A stretch of 48,833 nt of DNA from a virus (Duplodnaviria; Caudoviricetes), in the IMG/VR virus record IMGVR_UViG_3300049298_000007, positions 1 to 48,833 of that record. One strand, given 5' to 3'. Numbering within the stretch: the stretch's first letter is position 1; the number at the start of each line of letters is the position of its first letter. A program made the position numbers and the translations under genes. The notes under the pieces were generated by a model, which ran no database searches, had not been told where the DNA came from, and worked only from the letters and a program-made list of their open reading frames with translations. This document shows positions 44,746-48,833 of this stretch, one piece after another.

Positions 44746-46587
44746 TCAGAACCCGGCGGTTTCAATGCCGCTGTAGTCATCATCGCGCAGATTGCCGACG
44801 GTCAGCACCGCCGGTGTAGCGCCTTGCGGCTCCGGTGCCTTGACTGCCGCGTTGTCCATGAACTCCCCGTGGGCGTTGACGACGGCCGACCAGCCGTCGA
44901 TCTTCTCTGCACAGCTGGCCTTGTCAGGCTTCACATTACCCGCCGGGTCCATTGCGACCGCGAGGTTGTCGGTCATCCACACCATGACCGGGTTGCCGCC
45001 GTGGCGATAGTTGCCTTTGAGAACCAGTCTCAGCAGGTCCTTCAGGGGCGCGCTGGCCGACGCGTAGCCCTGCCCGCGTGGCACACAGAGCCCGTCGCCG
45101 TCCGGGCCGGGGAACTTGTCGTTCAGGTGGGTCACGAGCGTGGTGGCTCCCCAGCGGTCGTAGCCCAGCGACTGCACATCGAAGTTGTTAACATCGGCAA
45201 CGATCTGCTGCTCGATGAAATCCTGGTCGATCACGTTGCCGGGCGTCAGCGTGATCAGCCCTTGCTTGATCCAGTCCTCGGAGTTGCGGGCCGTCCGGTC
45301 GGACAGGTCCCGGGCCCTTGCCTCGGGCAACCAGAACCGCCACAGCGCGTCGAAGCTGCCGTCAGCGTTCGGGAACTCCCAGCACAGCGCCGTAATGTCC
45401 TCCACCGACGCCAGGTCGAGCCCGCCGTGACACTTCCGGCCCTTCAATTTGCCCTCTACAACCATCTGGATATTGCCTTGGGCGCTCCAGGCGTCCAGCG
45501 GGATGAACTGGGTGCGCTGCTTCGTCCGGATGCCCAGGTGCAGACGCAGATACGACGACAAGACCGCAGGCGACGACTTGGCGTTGTCGGCGGCCGATTC
45601 CAGGTACGGCCGGGTAGGCGAGATCCCGAAACCGGGGTTCGCCTTGCGCTGTGTAGCCTCCGAAAACGGGTCATCGCCCTTGTCGGCGCACCAAATCACC
45701 CCGTACGTGGTCGGAGACTTCAAGGTGCCCCGGGCAACCTTCTCGATCTTGTCCCGCTTCCGGTTGTAGATCGTGTTGGGCTTGCCGTCGTCGGCGGTCG
45801 TGATCATCACCAGCAGCGGCTGATCCCGCGACCCCATGCCGGTCTCGATGACCTCCACCAGATCCGGTTTCTTGTGGATATGCAGCTCATCGACGGCCCC
45901 CAGGTGGATATTCGCGCCGTGCTGGGCGTCCGCGACGTTCGCAATCGGCTTGAAATAGGAGCCTGTGCGCTGGTGAATGATGCTAGAGGCAAGCGGCTGG
46001 ACGTGGCCGCGCAGCGCCGGTGCCTTTTCGACCATCGCCTTGACCGGCGCGAACACGAACCCGGCTTGTTCTTTGCTCGTGGCCGCCGTCAGGCACTGAG
46101 CACCCGGCTCGCCGTCAGCGGCCAGCATGTAGACCGCGATACCGCCAATCAGGGTCGATTTGCCGTTCTTTCGCGGGATATCGACGTACAGCTCACGGAT
46201 GATCCGCACCCATTTGGCCGCATCCGGGTCGTACCGGGTCCAGCCGAACACCGGCGCGAGGATGTAGGCGACCTGCCACAGGTCCGGCACCAGCGGCCGA
46301 CCGGCCCACTTGCCCTGCGTGTGCTGCAACTTCGTGAACGCCCGGATGACCCGATCTACGCGCTCAACGTCGAAAGTTGCCCCCTTCAACGAGCTAGGTT
46401 CGGGGGTTTTGATCGCCGGAGGGGCCAGTTTCGCCAGCTCCGCACGGGTCACCTTGCGTGGCTTGCCGTCCTCACGCGGATACCCGTACTGGGTCAGGTA
46501 GCAGGCGACCTCCGGGCTGATGTTCAGCGCCCGGAGGTCAGTTGCCGACAGCCCCTTACGTGAACGGGTTGTCTTCGTCGCCGCCAT
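44746..46587 (-). CDS. terL: Terminase large subunit
   Basis: PRKNGKS (Walker A), VDELH, ITTA, GLDLAS, KIDG. Confidence 0.96.
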   Translation of the reverse strand: MAATKTTRSRKGLSATDLRALNISPEVACYLTQYGYPREDGKPRKVTRAELAKLAPPAIKTPEPSSLKGATFDVERVDRVIRAFTKLQHTQGKWAGRPLVPDLWQVAYILAPVFGWTRYDPDAAKWVRIIRELYVDIPRKNGKSTLIGGIAVYMLAADGEPGAQCLTAATSKEQAGFVFAPVKAMVEKAPALRGHVQPLASSIIHQRTGSYFKPIANVADAQHGANIHLGAVDELHIHKKPDLVEVIETGMGSRDQPLLVMITTADDGKPNTIYNRKRDKIEKVARGTLKSPTTYGVIWCADKGDDPFSEATQRKANPGFGISPTRPYLESAADNAKSSPAVLSSYLRLHLGIRTKQRTQFIPLDAWSAQGNIQMVVEGKLKGRKCHGGLDLASVEDITALCWEFPNADGSFDALWRFWLPEARARDLSDRTARNSEDWIKQGLITLTPGNVIDQDFIEQQIVADVNNFDVQSLGYDRWGATTLVTHLNDKFPGPDGDGLCVPRGQGYASASAPLKDLLRLVLKGNYRHGGNPVMVWMTDNLAVAMDPAGNVKPDKASCAEKIDGWSAVVNAHGEFMDNAAVKAPEPQGATPAVLTVGNLRDDDYSGIETAGF

Positions 46588-47068
46588 CGCCGCCGCCAGC
46601 CTTTCCCAGCGCCGTCTCCGACGACGGAGTAAGCCCGAACTGGGCCGCGAACCCGCGCAGTTCCTTGCCTGCGGCCCGTGCGACCGCGATGAACGGGTTC
46701 ACGATCTCGTTCGTGCGGGTCGTCCGGCCGTTCGGTCCGTGGCTGTACGTGGTGTGCTCGACGGTCTCGCCCTCGTCCTGGACGCGCCGCGTTGCCATCA
46801 CGAACGTTGCCCACGTCTCGCAATACGCGGCCAGGTTCGCCCGGTCCTCCGGCTTCAGAATGTCCAGCAGCTGCAACCCCGGCACAACCCGGTCCCATTC
46901 GGCCCGCGCCTCGTCCGAAAGCCACGCGGGCGCGTCAGGTGCACCGCGCCGGAACTCCGGCACATCCGGGATCTTCCGGCCGCCCGAGTCCACGCCCGGA
47001 CGGCGGCCCTTCATCTGCAACACCTTCGCCGGTTGGCTCCGGCGGCCACTGTTCGCGTTACCTGGCAT
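46556..47068 (-). CDS. terS: Terminase small subunit, P27 family
   Basis: P.WL...A..EW, D...L..YC, NP, FGLTPSS. Confidence 0.92.
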   Translation of the reverse strand: MPGNANSGRRSQPAKVLQMKGRRPGVDSGGRKIPDVPEFRRGAPDAPAWLSDEARAEWDRVVPGLQLLDILKPEDRANLAAYCETWATFVMATRRVQDEGETVEHTTYSHGPNGRTTRTNEIVNPFIAVARAAGKELRGFAAQFGLTPSSETALGKAGGGDGGDEDNPFT

Positions 47069-47240
47069 GCCCGCTGTCCCCTCTCCGGTGGTACCTGATG
47101 TTCGGGTTGTAGCGCCGCGTTGAGAGCTGGTCGGCCAGCTGCCGCACCTCACGCGCCGTCCGCGTAATCGGCCGGTAGTGCGGGCACTGACCGCAGTAGC
47201 ACGTCGCCAGGCAGTACCGGCCCGGTGCCAGCTCACCCAT
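47058..47240 (-). CDS. Small Cys-rich protein
   Basis: C...CYCGQCPH. Confidence 0.5.
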   Translation of the reverse strand: MGELAPGRYCLATCYCGQCPHYRPITRTAREVRQLADQLSTRRYNPNIRYHRRGDSGHAR

Positions 47241-47400
47241 CGCTCTCGCCCTCCAGCTTATCGTTGCTGTCGGCAAAGTGATTCGGGAACACGTACCGGC
47301 AGTCCTGGCACTGGATCTCATCCGGGCTGACCGCCACGAACAGCCGTACGTTCCCGCAGGACGGGCACACGATCACGCCGCCGTGTCCGTCACTCTTCAT
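47233..47400 (-). CDS. Small zinc-ribbon protein
   Basis: CPSC...CQDC. Confidence 0.55.
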   Translation of the reverse strand: MKSDGHGGVIVCPSCGNVRLFVAVSPDEIQCQDCRYVFPNHFADSNDKLEGESDG

Positions 47401-48173
47401 AGCCTCAGCGCCCAGCGGAGTCGCGCCCACGCCCTCACGTACCAGGGATACACCGGCGCTTTCGGTTCGTAGTCGCCATAGCCGGTGTTCTGCGCCGCCA
47501 CGTACGCCGCCTGGTCCATGTCCGTGCCGAACATCTCCCGCTGTAAGCCATACGACCCCGGCGACGACGCCCCCAGGTCGATTGCCTCCAGCAACTCCGG
47601 CGGCCAGTACGACGGCACCGGCTCACCCTCCGGCGCGGCCACATTCCCCGGCCACCGGTCCCGCGTCTCAGCCGGGCGGAAATGCTCCGACGGGCAAGGT
47701 GCCTTGCCCTCGTCAGCATGACCCGTGAAGTTGATCCGGGCCCCCTCCCGGTACGCCTGCCAGTCGCGGTGGCCGTCACAGAACCGGCACTCGCCCGGCG
47801 CATGCAGAACCGAGCTGTCACAGTGCGGGAACTGGACGACCTCCGACGGCTGGATCTTGAAGAACGGCTCATCCGGAGGAGGGGTCGTATCCGCCGTCAC
47901 CACGCCCTCACGAAGCGCCGACGGGATCTGACGCAGCCACGCGGGATCAGGGTCCGCCATCGTCCACACGGTGCCCGTGGCAACCTTCCGGGCCGCCAGA
48001 TACAGCCCCTCCTCCGGCGACACCGGAGCCGCGTTGATCACCTTCGCCATCGTCTCCGCCGCCTGCGCCGTCGACAGATCCGCGTACAACGCCAACTGCT
48101 GCGCCGTCGCCCAGAACTTCTCCCGCTGCGGAGGCAGCAGCAACTGAAGCAGCCGGTCAACTTCCTTGCCCAT
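47397..48173 (-). CDS. Hypothetical protein
   Basis: PHCD..VLHAPGEC..CD metal-binding motif. Confidence 0.65.
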   Translation of the reverse strand: MGKEVDRLLQLLLPPQREKFWATAQQLALYADLSTAQAAETMAKVINAAPVSPEEGLYLAARKVATGTVWTMADPDPAWLRQIPSALREGVVTADTTPPPDEPFFKIQPSEVVQFPHCDSSVLHAPGECRFCDGHRDWQAYREGARINFTGHADEGKAPCPSEHFRPAETRDRWPGNVAAPEGEPVPSYWPPELLEAIDLGASSPGSYGLQREMFGTDMDQAAYVAAQNTGYGDYEPKAPVYPWYVRAWARLRWALRL

Positions 48174-48415
48174 CACAACCACCTCAGATTCCCGTCTTCC
48201 CACGGATGCAGACCGCGCCGGACGCCAACGAACGTCCCGTTCGGCAATTCCTTGATCACCGTACCGTCACGGAACACGATCTCATCCATGCGCGTCTCCG
48301 GCCGGAACCCCAGGTCATACCGCAACTTCAGCCGCGCCCCCAGGATCACCGACGGCAACGCCATCTCACTCCGCTTGTCCACGGCAACTACCTCCCCGCC
48401 CGGCAAATCGAGCAC
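48173..48415 (-). CDS. Small hypothetical protein
   Basis: Packed ORF; start uncertain. Confidence 0.45.
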   Translation of the reverse strand: MLDLPGGEVVAVDKRSEMALPSVILGARLKLRYDLGFRPETRMDEIVFRDGTVIKELPNGTFVGVRRGLHPWEDGNLRWL

Positions 48416-48780
48416 AGTTCGTAATTCGGGTTCGCCACCACGGAATCCGACGGCAGCTCATGCCGCCCATCAAGCACGAACCGGCGCGGCCACGCCATCC
48501 CGCAATGCAGGTACAGATCGCCCTTCACCCACGTCCACACCCGGCCATGATGATCAACCAGCTCGGGGTGCTCAGCACGTGCCTGGGCGTCTTGCAGCTC
48601 GCGCAACACCTGCCAGTCGCGCAACAGCGGCGTCATCAACCCCACCTCACGAGCCAGCTCAGCTTGCGCCTCCGTCATAGGCCGATGCGGACGAATCCCA
48701 TCGACACTGCACCGGCACCCACCCGGGTCCTCCCACGTCGGGCAATGATGCGCGCCGACGCCAGCAGATTCGGTGCTCAC
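48388..48780 (-). CDS. Hypothetical protein
   Basis: SD GAGG; Cys/His motifs. Confidence 0.55.
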   Translation of the reverse strand: MSTESAGVGAHHCPTWEDPGGCRCSVDGIRPHRPMTEAQAELAREVGLMTPLLRDWQVLRELQDAQARAEHPELVDHHGRVWTWVKGDLYLHCGMAWPRRFVLDGRHELPSDSVVANPNYELCSICRAGR

Positions 48781-48833
48781 GGCAACCACCTCGAATCTGA
48801 GAATCTGAAATTCTGAGCCCGCAAAAGTTTGGC

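Larger units (their letters stand above)
1..48833 (-). mobile_element. Temperate actinobacteriophage (siphovirus) genome, apparently complete
   Basis: Contiguous packaging, head, tail, lysis, integration, recombination and replication modules; HNH near one end and TerS near the other; no host genes seen. Confidence 0.93.

Noticed and set aside
4362-47982. Iterated palindrome as a simple codon-usage artefact or restriction site
   Set aside because: It occurs in different reading frames, in intergenic gaps and with disfavoured codons, and restriction sites would be depleted rather than enriched; a formal shuffle test is still needed

Overview
The window looks like an essentially complete, high-GC actinobacterial siphovirus genome shown in reverse orientation, with every supportable gene on the minus strand. 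From right to left it carries small genes, TerS/TerL, portal, ClpP-type protease, capsid, a fibre/GH12 cassette inserted among the head-tail connector genes, tail genes, a lysis cassette, an early region (DUF932, HTH, TopoVI-A-like protein, many small ORFs), tyrosine integrase/Xis, YqaJ/RecT, a papain-like protease, a replication initiator with iterons, HNH and a likely cos end. No tRNA, CRISPR array or obvious CI repressor was found. The strongest unexplained signals are: (1) a palindrome TGCC-N3-GGCA (extended (G/C)TTGCC-N3-GGCAA(C/G)) repeated at least 46 times, about once per kb, with several copies centred on start codons; (2) an endolysin locus where a C_CCA_AAA slippery site would fuse an amidase to a GH19 domain, plus an internal start; (3) a secreted GH12 endoglucanase inside the virion assembly operon; (4) an attP-like arm-site array about 5.5 kb from the integrase. 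All counts were made by eye and functional calls come from motif recognition, not database searches.
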